Shown: piece after piece, positions 39,569 to 50,055 of the stretch | Layout: every line of letters starts with the position of its first letter | How positions within the stretch are numbered: position 1 is the stretch's first letter | Assembly (NCBI RefSeq): GCF_044704955.1 | Contig: NC_091983.1 | Span: 120,838,001-120,902,000 of the forward strand | Length of the DNA stretch: 64,000 nucleotides | From: Pristiophorus japonicus | Lineage: Eukaryota | Reading direction: 5' to 3' | Notes under the pieces: model-generated | Told to the model about the DNA's origin: nothing | Databases searched by the model: none | Seen by the model: the letters and a program-made list of their open reading frames with translations, nothing else | Program-made: the position numbers and the translations under genes

Positions 39569-39707
39569 TTAAATGGAGTGGGTCTGATGACATCGATGAC
39601 TCGTTTCCAGCTCTGATATTTAAAGCAGCCTTGCACTCAACTCATTTGAAGGTTGCCAGAGGAGGGGAGCTGAATTACAAAGGGCTGAGTCCTGTTCTAA
39701 AGTATCA

Positions 39708-40775
39708 ATGATGGATACTCAAAGGCAGAGGGCTGCACCATAATTTTCTGATGTATCCCTGCATACTCTGGTGGAGGCAGTCAGAGCATGCAGGGAGGAC
39801 CTGTTCCCTGCAGATTGGCGCAGGAGACCTCCAAAATCGGCCAAAAGAGCCTGGCTGGAGATAGCAGAGTAGATCAGCAGCAGGGATGTCGTCAGGAGGA
39901 CCTGGATCCAGTGCAGGAAATGATTCAATGATTTCATGGGGTCAGGAAAGGTGAGTGCAATGCCACACTCACCTTCATCCTGATGTACCTGTCACCACAT
40001 CCCCAACACACTGCCTTCTCAAGCCTGCTCCTGCACATCATTCCTCACACCAACATACTTTGCACATTCACCCATCCCTCTCTGTCTATGTGCTTACTCA
40101 TGTCCTCATCTGACTAATCACCCCTCACACTCACCCTCATCCTAATACAATCGTAGCAAGTAATACCACAGAAGGAGGCCATTTGCATTTGTCACCGCAC
40201 TCTCTCATAATCACCCTCTACAGATATAACCCATCCATTCCTTTCACTCATTCCATCACTCTCACTCAAGCTTCTCTTCTTTCACCCCTTGGCCAGGAGA
40301 AAAGAGCCCAGAATACGCGAGAGAAGCAGAGGTGGCCCTTCAGTATTCACCCAACTAACACCAGCAAAGGACGGGATCCTGGAGATATCGGGAGTTGCAG
40401 AGCTGGGAGCTGCTCTACAGCTCCTTGCAAGCAGGGAAGTGCGGGTGAATCATGAGAGGGATGATGGTGAGAGGGGACATGGAAGTGGGGCTTTTCTCAA
40501 AACACTACCACTTCTCCCCAATTGCCTCCCCCTCAGTCAGAAGCCCACATGCTTCCTCGGATCACGATGGCCAAGTCTGCTGCTGCACTGTTGCAGGAGC
40601 AGCAGGCTTTGGCGGGGCAATTACAGGCTCCAAAACCCAGAGGACGTCTGCCAAAAGTGTCTTAACGAGTCGAAAAAGGGAAGTGAACAGCCAACCTCTA
40701 TGCCTGCTGAAGCCACAAGGATTGTACCTCGTAGAAGCGCGCAGAAAAGGAAAAAAAGACACAATCCTAGATGCA
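39708..40775 (+). pseudogene. Harbinger Myb/SANT-like gene (exon 1 39708-39950, exon 2 from ~40297), with stops
   Basis: MMDTQRQRAAP*FSDVSLHTLVEAVRACREDLFP...AWLEIAE*ISSRDVVRRTWIQCRK*FNDF, then an AAG|GTGAGT donor. The next exon reads EKRAQNTREK. Confidence 0.8.
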
Positions 40776-41544
40776 CAAGCTTATGCACTTGGGTGTATGA
40801 AACAATGTTAGTGTTAAGTTTGTTATTTTGATGACACACATAAATGTATTTCTTTGCACCACTTTCTAGTCTTGTCCATTTTTGCCTTCTACCTTGGAAG
40901 TGGCTTTGTCATTTGGAGTAAATGGTGAGATATTACTTAACCTCGAGCACTGGGGGCTTTGTGTGAGAGGAATGGCTTAGTTATTGTAAGGATGCTTTAT
41001 TGCTGGACGGGGGCGGGGATATTAGTACAACATGTGGCAGCCATATGGCTGCCTTGGAGCAATTTAAGTATATTTGGCCATGATGAGGCAATGTGCACCG
41101 TTGCTGCTGCTGCCGCCGCCATCTCCACATCCAGTTCCTTCTCCTGCTCCTCCTCATCTTGCAGCTTCTGTTCCTCCTCGTAGAAACATAGAACATAGGT
41201 GCAGGAGTTTGCCATTCAGCCCTTCGAGCCTGCATCACCATTCAATAAAATCATGGCTGATCTTGCAGCTTCTCCTGCTCCTCCTCCTCCAAAGAGGCTG
41301 CGCACTCTGCACTTTGCTCCGCCTGCAGCTCCAATCCTTGCACCAACGACGATGATTATGGAGACCCTGGCTGGTACATATTGAAGGGCTACTCTAGATC
41401 TGTCAAGGCATCTGAAACGCGTCTTCAGCATGCTTATTGCTTGCTCTATGAGACATCTGGTGGACATGTGTCTCTCATTATAACATTCCTTGGCCTCAGT
41501 TCTTGACGTCCTCATGAGCCATATCTTCAGTGGATACCCTTAAC

Positions 41545-42082
41545 CCTTCAACTAGGCTGGAGTTTAATATTTTGATATTTCAAATAACAGTGTGTTGATA
41601 TTTGATGTCTCCAAGATAAGAGGAGAATAATTGATGTCCTGTTTCTGACTGCTCCATTGTTGATTGGGCGGAGGAGCAGTGAGAGATCGGGGCCCAGAAG
41701 CGTCGTGATCGGGGCCCAGGAGAGGCGAGGGTTCAGGGCCCAGAAGAAGCGAGGGCCCAGGGGCAGCATGGGCCAGCCCACACTGCGATCTATGGATAGT
41801 AGGAGCATGCGTGCGCACTAGGTCCGTGCAGCAGAGATTGGTCCCCAGTCATCTTGGTTAACCCTTGCCACTGGATCAAGACCTAGCTCTGTCAAGCCCG
41901 TGTGGTGGCTGGTGTGCAACGGCCACCCCACGTTAAAAGAATCCATGCACAGGCATATTCCACTCTTTAGTATGTAGTTCAGGACCTAGATTGTCAGGTC
42001 CCTTATTGAAACACCTGTGAACTCATCTATTTTTGGTGTGGAAGCAGGTCATCCTCGATACAAGGGACTGCCTAATACTATA
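41545..42082 (+). mobile_element. Non-coding RTE-tailed retroelement (SINE-like), copy 1
   Basis: GC-rich body shared with 42334-43045 and 49285-49720. The 3' end GGAAGCAGGTCATCCTCG..GGGACTGCCTA matches the RTE LINE tail. Confidence 0.7.
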
Positions 42083-42333
42083 CGGTCTCCAAGCAACCAG
42101 CCGGTAAGTCTGTTTGGAGGTGCTAAGAGCTGAGGGAGGGTGGACTGGCAGCACGGAAGAGTTATGATAGCTGCCAGGGAATCTGGCACACATGCATAAT
42201 CATCTTTTTATGGTTGCAGATGAGCTGCACACTGAGGGAGTGGAAGCCCTTGCAGTTCACAAACACTCCTGGGTGATGATAGGGTGCCTTCATGGCCACA
42301 TGTGTGCAGTTAATAACTGCCCTGCACCTGTGG

Positions 42334-43045
42334 CATCATGGCCCCCAGACCTGTAAGAGAACAGCTCCACGTTGGCTGAAGAGCTGGAGTGGCATACCAC
42401 TAGAACTTCCAGCGCGAGCTGCTCCGGGTATATGACGGCTTCGAGGTGGGCGACTGGGTGACATCATCAGGACCCAGGTCGCTGTTTGGAGCATAGGCAG
42501 GAACATCGGCTGTCCCTGGTAAAGCATAAGAGCGGGAAGGCCGTGGCGGAGGTGCGGTGAGTGATCGAGACGGAGGAACGTTGAGGGATCATGGCTGAGA
42601 TTCGGTTGGTGATTGTGGCTGAGGTTCGGCGAATGTTTGGTGCGGTGGGAGATGGTGGCGGAGGTGCAGCGAGTGTTTTTTGGTGGAGGTGCGGTGAGAG
42701 ATCGTGGCGGAAGTGCGGCAAATGAGGGTATGGGGCCCAGAAGAGGCGAGGACCCAGGGGCAGCACGGGCCTGCCCACACTGCAATATGTGTGTGCGCAC
42801 TAGGTCCATGCAGAACATCAAGTCTCCAGTCGCCCTGGTTAACCCTTACCACTGGATAAAGGCCTAGCTCTGTCAAGCCCATGTGGTGGCTGATGTGCAA
42901 TGGTCACCACACATTAAAAAAATCCACACACAGGCATCTTCCACCCTTTCAACTGGAGTTCAGGCCTGGAATATCGGGTCCTTCATTGAAACATCTGTGA
43001 ACTCATGATGTTCCTCGTTTGAGGGACCGCCTATGATGATGATGA
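42334..43045 (+). mobile_element. Non-coding RTE-tailed retroelement, copy 2
   Basis: TSD TGCACCTGTGG at 42323-42333 and 43046-43056, with a (GAT)n tail. Confidence 0.8.
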
Positions 43046-44344
43046 TGCACCTGTGGGAAGTTAGCCAGAGCTGCAAAGCCGAGCGCATGCTCAGTAACAC
43101 TGGCCTCATCAGTGGCAAAATTTGCTGAATTGTGAAACATGGCATTGGTCACCTGGGTGATGTACCTGTGAGGGGCCAACTGCTAGATTCCGCAAATGTC
43201 TGCTTCAGATCCCTGGAAGGAGCCTGAGGCAAAGAATTTGTGGTCTGTGGTGACTGATAGCCACCGGGAGTGTCCACCAGGGCTTCTGGGCAGCAGGGCT
43301 TGTTCCAGCAAGCTACAAATATCTGTGACGACCTGAGGGGAGCCTATACTTCCTGAAGCACTGCTGCTCAATCATGTTGAGGAACCTCATCCTCTGCCTG
43401 AATACCCTGACGGGCCTCATGCTGCAGCCCCGTAGTGCCTCCCTCTCTCCTGTGGAGCATCAGGTCGTTGATGAGAAGGCCGATATTGTTGTTGCTGCTG
43501 CTGTTTCTGCTGCAGCTGGTGGTGGGGCTCATCTTGGTCCAATTCTGAGGCAGCGGCGCCGGCTACGTTCAGGAAATACAGGTCTACATGCAGTCTAACA
43601 AGCGGACCTTAAAGGGAGCCCTGCAGACCATCATCAAAGATATTAAGTGTCTTAAAAATACTTACCTGAATGTGAAGCCGGGAGGAGCACTCAACATTAC
43701 AGCCACAACCTGCCTGCCCCTCTCTTCAATCACGGTCACCCGATTGAGACCTTGCCCTCCTGATAGTCACCACCAGCCTCTCCAATTGCCGTCGGCATTC
43801 TCCCCAATCCCAGCCACTACCGCTCTCTGATGAGATGCAGACAAATATAAGCAAAGGAGATAGGGAGAGATAAGATAATGAACTACTTGACTTAGAGGTT
43901 TGTCATTTCTGATCTGTATCAGAGACAATGGAACAGCTTGAAAAAAAATAATTATAGTCATATGTATTTAAGCAATTACTTGTAAGTATTGTTAATTATT
44001 TAAGAAAATGATTTCAAACTGTGATGATTACATTTGTTGAAATGTGTAAGAAAATTGAGATTTCTTTGTGTGTTTGTTGAAGTGAGCGATGTTAGTGCTG
44101 GGGATGGAATAAGCTCCACTTTGGAAACTGTGCCAGCATAATGCAATCCTCGATGCTGAATAAAGCTTTCTCTTCTCTGCCAAATAATGTACCAGGATAC
44201 CAATTTTAGAAATTGCATCTTATGTTGCACAAATGAGAATGTTTTCATTTGCAGAACAAGTTACTTTGGTGGTTTTTATGAGTGAAGTTGACAATTTAAC
44301 GCCTGTTTGTAACAACAGCTTTATTCTATTTGACCATTCGTATT

Positions 44345-44735
44345 GGGCCAAAAATCACGGTCTCTACGGGCGCGTTTCAGATTTAGGTGAGTGATGAGCA
44401 TGTGCCGAAATTCGGCACTTGCGAACTGTCAACATTTCTTTTGATAATTCCAATGCATCCCCGGGAGAAGGACCTTCGCGGGCGCAGATTCTGCCACAGC
44501 GAATGTCCATCAAACTCTTATGCCTGATAAAAACAGATGATCTCCATTGAAACAGAGCTCACCATTACTGTGAATGGGGATACGCCATTTTCATTGGTTG
44601 AGTCCGATCCACGTGATCCCAGGCTGCACATATGCTCCTGGAATAGTGGGCCCCTATGCTGGACTGCGCAGCTAGGCCTCGGAGCGCAAGTCTATGTTCC
44701 TCCGGGACCACAAGGTATTTTTGTAAATTTGTTTT
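44345..44735. mobile_element. Harbinger-type MITE fragment
   Basis: Starts GGGCCAAAAATCACGG and shares blocks with 3147-3800. Confidence 0.45.
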
Positions 44736-44749
44736 CAGCTGGAGGCATC

Positions 44750-45365
44750 CATTCACAGGACATCGCTCATCTCCACCCCTGCCTCAGCTCATCTGCTGCT
44801 GAAACCCTCATTCATTCCTCTATTATCTCTAGACTTGACTATTCCAACGCACCCCTGGCTGGCTTCCCACGTTCTACCCTACGTAAACTTGAGGTCATCC
44901 AAATATTGGCTACCTGTGTCCTAACTCGCACCAAGTCCCGTTCACTCATCACTCCTTTGCTTGCTGACCTACATTGGCTCCCAGTTAAGTAACACCTCTA
45001 TTTCAAAATTCTCATGCTCGTTTTGAAATCCCTCCATGACCTCACCCCTCCTTACCTCTAATCTCCTCCAGCCCCATAGCCCCCCAAATTCTGCCCTCTT
45101 GAGCTCAACCATTGGTGGCCGTGCCTTCTGTTGCCTTGGTTAAGCTCTGGAATTCCCTCCCTAAACCTCTTCGCATCTCTACCTCTCTTTCCTCCTTTAA
45201 GATGCTCCTTAAAATCTACCTCTTTGACCAAGCATTTGGTCATCTGCCCTAATTTCTCCTTATGTGGCTCAGTGTCAAATTTTTGTCCTACAATCCTCCT
45301 GTGAAGCGCCTTGGGATGTTTAACAATATTAAAGGCACTATATAAATACAAGTTGTTGTTGTTGA
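44750..45365 (+). mobile_element. L2 LINE 3' fragment
   Basis: LSSSAAETLIHSSIISRLDYSNAPLAG...ITPLLADLHWLPV and a (GTT)n tail. Confidence 0.88.
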
Positions 45366-45769
45366 TAAGATGCCACACAAGAGGCCTTTACACAAAGTTA
45401 GGGCTCATGGAATTGGGGGTAATATATTAGCATGGATTAAAGACTGTTTAACGGACAGAAAACAGACCGTAGACATAAACGGGTCAGTTTTTTGGCAGGA
45501 TGTAACCAGCGGGGTACAGCAAGGATAAGTGCTTAGGTCTCAGATATGCATAATCTATATCAATGACTTAGATGAGGGGACCGAGTGTAATGTTTGCTGA
45601 CTATACAAAGCTAGGTGGGAAAGTAAGCTATGAGTTGGACGCAAAGAGGCTGCAAAGGGATATAGACAAGTTAAGTGAATGGGCAAGAACATGACAGATG
45701 GAGTATAATGTAGAGAACTGTGAAGCTCACTTTGGTAGGAAGAATTGAAAAGCAGAATATTTTTTAGAA

Positions 45770-47437
45770 CAAAGTGATTATCTGCATGCACATTTTTGTG
45801 CCCTTGTGTGCATGCGGTGGTCTGCCCCGACCCTTTTTGCGCATGCGCACACCATCCCCTTTTGTGCATGAGGTCTGGCTGCGCATACGCAGTTCCCCCA
45901 CAGTTGCAATTGCAGTGCAGTGTGGGCCATGCTTTGTTCAGCTCCATGGGAGAAGGCTTGGGAAAAGATTGGATTGAAAGAGAGAGGGGTGATTAGAGAG
46001 AGGGGGAGAGTGAGGGGGGATTGGAGGGCAAGAGAAGGGATTGGAGGAAGAGAAGAGGGGTTATGGGAGAGAGAAGAGGAGGAGAGAAGGGGGAGGATCG
46101 GAGATAGAGTGAGAGAGAGAGGGGATTGGAGGGAGAGAGAGAGAGAGAGAGAGAGAGGGGGAATTGGAGAGTCCAGGGGTAGAGAGAGGGGATCGTAGAG
46201 AGAGGAGGATCAGAGGGAGAGAGAGGGGATCGGAGAGAGAGAGGGGAGAGGTGGGATCAGAGGGAGTGAGGGGGGAAATCGGGGGCGGGAGGGGGGGGGG
46301 AAGAGAGAGGAGATCAGGAACTTGGTGAGGGATTAAAGAGTGCGGAGAGCACAGTGGGGATGGCAGAAGCACATAATTCAGGTCTAAAGGGGGGGGGGGG
46401 GGAAGCGTGATCCAGATAGTAAGACTGGATGAAATACAGACACTGTCACTATTCACTTCATACCCAATAAACCTGTTAACAATCCGTGACCCACACACAA
46501 TGCCCCATCTATGATGGGGTGGGGGCGGGGAGATAAGGTCAGGAACTTGTTGAGGGGAGAAGGTCATGAAGCTGTGGGAGAGTAACTTGGGCAGGGGAGA
46601 AGGTCAGGAACCCGAGGGTGGGGGTGCGGAGAGGGGGCAGAAGGACAGGAACTTGAGCAGGAGGAGATGGTTAGGAGGCCGGGGTGGGAGGGAGGTGGTC
46701 AGGAGCTTGGACTCAGGGGGAGGTGGTCAGGAACTTGGGCGAGGGGGAAGAGATCAGGAACTTGGGCAGGGAGGGGAATGTCAGGCACTTGGGCTGAGGG
46801 GGAGGAGGTCAGGAACTTAGGCGAGGAGATGAGGTCAGGAACTTGGGTGGGGGAGTAAATGTCAGAGACTTGGGGGATAAAGGTCAGAAACTTGAACTGG
46901 GGGGAGGAAGTCAGGAACTGGGGCTGTGGGGGCAAGAACTTGTTTGCGGGGGTGCGAGAATGTCTTAACCCATGAGAGTGACCCCTATCTGTTGCAAGTG
47001 AACTCTGTTCTGTCTGGAGTCGGCAGTCAGAATGGATCAAATTACACTTTGCAAAGACACTGATTACGTAGGCAGGGAGGATCTAATTGCACATTCCAGA
47101 GAATCTGCTGGGTGTGTCTTATCCTCCAAGTGGACCAATCAACAATCAGGACTTGTCATCAAGAGGGCCCAGACTCCAGACAGAACAGAGTTCACTTGCA
47201 ACAGATAGGGGTCACTCTCATGGGTTAAGACATTCTCGCACCCCCGCAAACAAGTTCTTGCCCCCACAGCCCCAGTTCCTGACTTCCTCCCCCCAGTTCA
47301 AGTTTCTGACCTTTATCCCCCAAGTCTCTGACATTTACTCCCCCACCCAAGTTCCTGACCTCATCTCCTCGCCTAAGTTCCTGACCTCCTCCCCCTCAGC
47401 CCAAGTGCCTGACATTCCCCTCCCTGCCCAGGTGTCC
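45770..47437. mobile_element. Unclassified insertion with a GA-rich tract, ~22-bp tandem repeats and a terminal inverted duplication
   Basis: Flanked by the 9-bp direct repeat TTTTTAGAA (45761-45769, 47438-47446) inside a CR1. Confidence 0.7.
46763..47430. repeat. 259-bp inverted repeat (46763-47021 / 47172-47430) with a 150-bp spacer
   Basis: The arms read as exact reverse complements. The same peptide appears in ORFs 46699-47040(-) and 47087-47710(+). Confidence 0.95.
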
Positions 47438-48254
47438 TTTTTAGAAGGTAAGAGACCAGGAAATGTTATTCAGAGGAACCTGGGTGTCCTTGTCCACGAA
47501 CCACAGAAAGTTAACATGCAAGTACAGCAAGAAATTAGGAAAGCAAAAGTTATGTTAGCCTTTATTATAAAGGGCTTGGAGTATATGAGCAAAGAAGTCT
47601 CACCGCAATTATATAGGGCTTTGGTGAGATCACACCTGGAGTACAGTTTTGGTCTTCTTAGCTATGGTGGCTATACTTGCGTTCAAGGAAGGGCAACAAA
47701 AGTTCATTAGACTGATTCCTGGGATGAGGGGATTTTATTATGAGGATAGATTGAATAGACTAGGCCTATATTCCCTGGAGTTTATGAGAGGTGATCTCAT
47801 TGAAAAATAATTTTTTTAAGGGGCTTGACAGGGTAGATGCTGGGAGAATGTTTCCCCTGGCTGAGGAGTCTAGAACCAGGGGTCAGAGTCTCAGAATAAG
47901 GGGGTTGACCATTTAGGACCATTGAGATGAGGAGAATTTCTTCACTCAGAGGGTGGTGAATCTTTGGAATTCTCTACCCCAGAGGGCTGCAGATGCTCAG
48001 TCATTGAGAATATTCAAGAGATCAATAGATTGCTGGTTTCTAAAGGGATCAAGGGATATGGGGATAGGATGAGAAAGTGGAGTTGTGGTAGAAGATCAGC
48101 CATGATCTTATTGAATGGCGGAGTAGGCTTGAAGGGCCAAATGGCCTACTCCTGCTTCTTTTTCTTATGTTATGTTCTCAATGTCTTTGATGGTTTATTG
48201 ATGTATTTTAGTGAGTTTTCTGATGCTTTCTGATGGCATTCTCGTATATTTTGA

Positions 48255-48635
48255 TAGCCTTGCTTGTGCACACAAAGCACTTCACAGCCAACAAACGTGG
48301 TGCACATTTCAAGTGCAATCATGTTGCTATGTAGGCAAACACAATAGCCAATCTAGTATATCGCAAATTCTTAGTGATATTGGTCGAGGAAGGAATATTG
48401 GCAGGTACAGCAAGCACTCTTGTGCTCTTCTTTGGATAGTGCAATTGAATCTTTTATCTCCACTTGAATGGGTTTCACATCCCATGCAAAAGACAGCACT
48501 TCTGATAGTGCAGCAATCCCTCAGTACTCCACTAAACTGTCAGTTTATATTATCTGCTCAAGTCCATCATAGGGATTGAATCCACAATCTTTGGACTTGG
48601 AGGCAAGATTTTTACCAACTGAACCAAACTGATGC
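48255..48635 (-). mobile_element. tRNA-headed SINE (Deu-type, decayed)
   Basis: Reverse-complement homologue of 63375-63580, with a tRNA-like head near 48570-48630. Confidence 0.6.
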
Positions 48636-48811
48636 GTAAGGAAATTTGCACCTCATTTAAGTACTCATTTATTCTAAAGAATTGTAATCACTAGATCTAC
48701 TGGAAAGGTTTCATACTGGCTCAGTTGTAAAATGGTATCTATTGTGGCAACCTTACTGCTGTGATAACATTTCAGACACTATAATAAATTGTGTACTTTT
48801 GCTTTCTACAG

Positions 48812-48953
48812 TGAACTTGTTCAGTGCACTCAAGAGCTTGAAATTGCAGGGCCCTCCTTCTTTGTGGTTTTTCTCACTCCTGTTGTGCGCTGCCGTGTTG
48901 TGGAAGTAGAAAAGTAGTGTTGAGATATTGGAGGTTTGCAGAGAACCCAACAG
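48812..48953 (+). other. Candidate host-gene exon (probably non-coding/UTR)
   Basis: Acceptor TACTTTTGCTTTCTACAG and donor CAG|GTAATA in non-repetitive sequence. All three frames contain stops. Confidence 0.3.
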
Positions 48954-49284
48954 GTAATACCAAATGTACATTCTGCATTTCAGAATATGTCCATGAATGA
49001 ATGAGGAAGTATGTGTGCTCCACTGCAGTATGGCATAGCTTTTAAGCTACGAAAGAGCTGAAAGATTGTCGGCGTTCTTTGCATGTGATGCAATAGCTCA
49101 GGGGAAACACATTAATGGTATTCATGCTCTGCCGATCCAATAGGATAGCCTCATCTCGGCAGATTTTTTCAGGCTGACAAATCTCTTTCATCTGATCTAA
49201 TTGACATGGTTGGACTTTTCAGGTACTCAGGTATCTTTTATTGAGGGTTCTGACCATACAAAGTCCTTGGGTTGCATTATATGA

Positions 49285-49720
49285 TCTTCATAGGCAGTCC
49301 CTCGAAACGAGGATGACTTGCTTCCACGCCAAAAAGGGATGAGTTCACAGGTGTTTCAATGATATTCCAGGTCCCGAACTACATGTTGAAGGGTGGAAGA
49401 TGCCTCTGCGTGGATTTTTTTTAAACATATGGTGGCCATTGCACCCCAGCCACCACACGGGCTTGACAGAGCTAGGTCTTGGTCCAGTGGCAAGGATTAA
49501 CTAAGACGACTGGAGACCTGCTCTGCTGCACGGACCTAGTGCGCACACATATCGTAGTGTGGGCTAGCCAGTGCTGCCCCAGCCCCTCGCCTCGTCTGGG
49601 CTCCAAACTCTTGCCTCTCTTGGGCACGGATCACATCCCTCGGTGAACTCTTGCCGCTCCTTCCCGATCACATCCCTCCCCGACCTCGCCGCTCCTGCTG
49701 TACCTGGCCGCACTGCAGTC
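49285..49720 (-). mobile_element. Non-coding RTE-tailed retroelement, copy 3
   Basis: Reverse complement of the body and tail at 41680-42075. Confidence 0.75.
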
Positions 49721-50055
49721 AGTCGTTGCCCTCTGTATCTACAAGTTCTTATTGCTTCTTTTTCACAGGGAACTATTTTTCGAGTAAGGGAAGAAGACTT
49801 CTGGGCCAAAAGGACTGCTCCCCACTGGCTGGACCCACTGCAATCCCGGGCCAAAAGGACTGCATCGCCCCGCCCTCCCCCCCACCCCCGTTTTCACTGC
49901 CAGTTGAAGTTCGGGAACGGGAGGGCCATTCGGCCTGGGATTGCAGCGGATCCAGCAGGTGGAGAGCAGTCCCTTCGGCCCGGGATTGCAGCGGGTCCAG
50001 TCCAAGGCTGCGGGTAGCGGTGGCCGTGGGTCCAGCTGGGGGGCGAGGTCCTTTG

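Larger units (their letters stand above)
41050..43530 (-). pseudogene. HARBI1-like DDE transposase (DDE_Tnp_4 type), split by insertions
   Basis: Minus strand FFASGSFQG..ADICGI (~43190-43240), [37 protein letters not shown] (~42160-42320) and YNERHMSTRCLIEQAISMLKTRFRCLDRS (~41390-41490). Confidence 0.85.
38431..43815. mobile_element. PIF/Harbinger element with convergent Myb/SANT (+) and transposase (-) genes, interrupted several times
   Basis: Both Harbinger genes are present tail-to-tail. Ends are approximate. Confidence 0.7.
45368..48180 (+). mobile_element. CR1 LINE fragment (45368-45769 plus 47438-48180) split by a 1.67-kb insertion
   Basis: HKRPLHKVRAHGIGGNILAWI...VTSGVQQG on the left. 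On the right QRNLGVLVHE..KVNMQVQQ..LYRALVRSHLEY and a CR1 3' UTR. Confidence 0.88.

Noticed and set aside
41050-43530. Domesticated HARBI1 host gene
   Set aside because: It has multiple stops and retroelement insertions and is paired with a Myb gene, as in a transposon copy.
47087-47710. 207-aa ORF
   Set aside because: It is a chance fusion of the inverted-repeat arm with a CR1 ORF2 fragment.
48812-48909. GPI-anchor-like terminal coding exon (NLFSALKSLKLQGPPSLWFFSLLLCAAVLWK*)
   Set aside because: No upstream coding exons were identified and a donor follows the stop, so it is kept only as a low-confidence exon.
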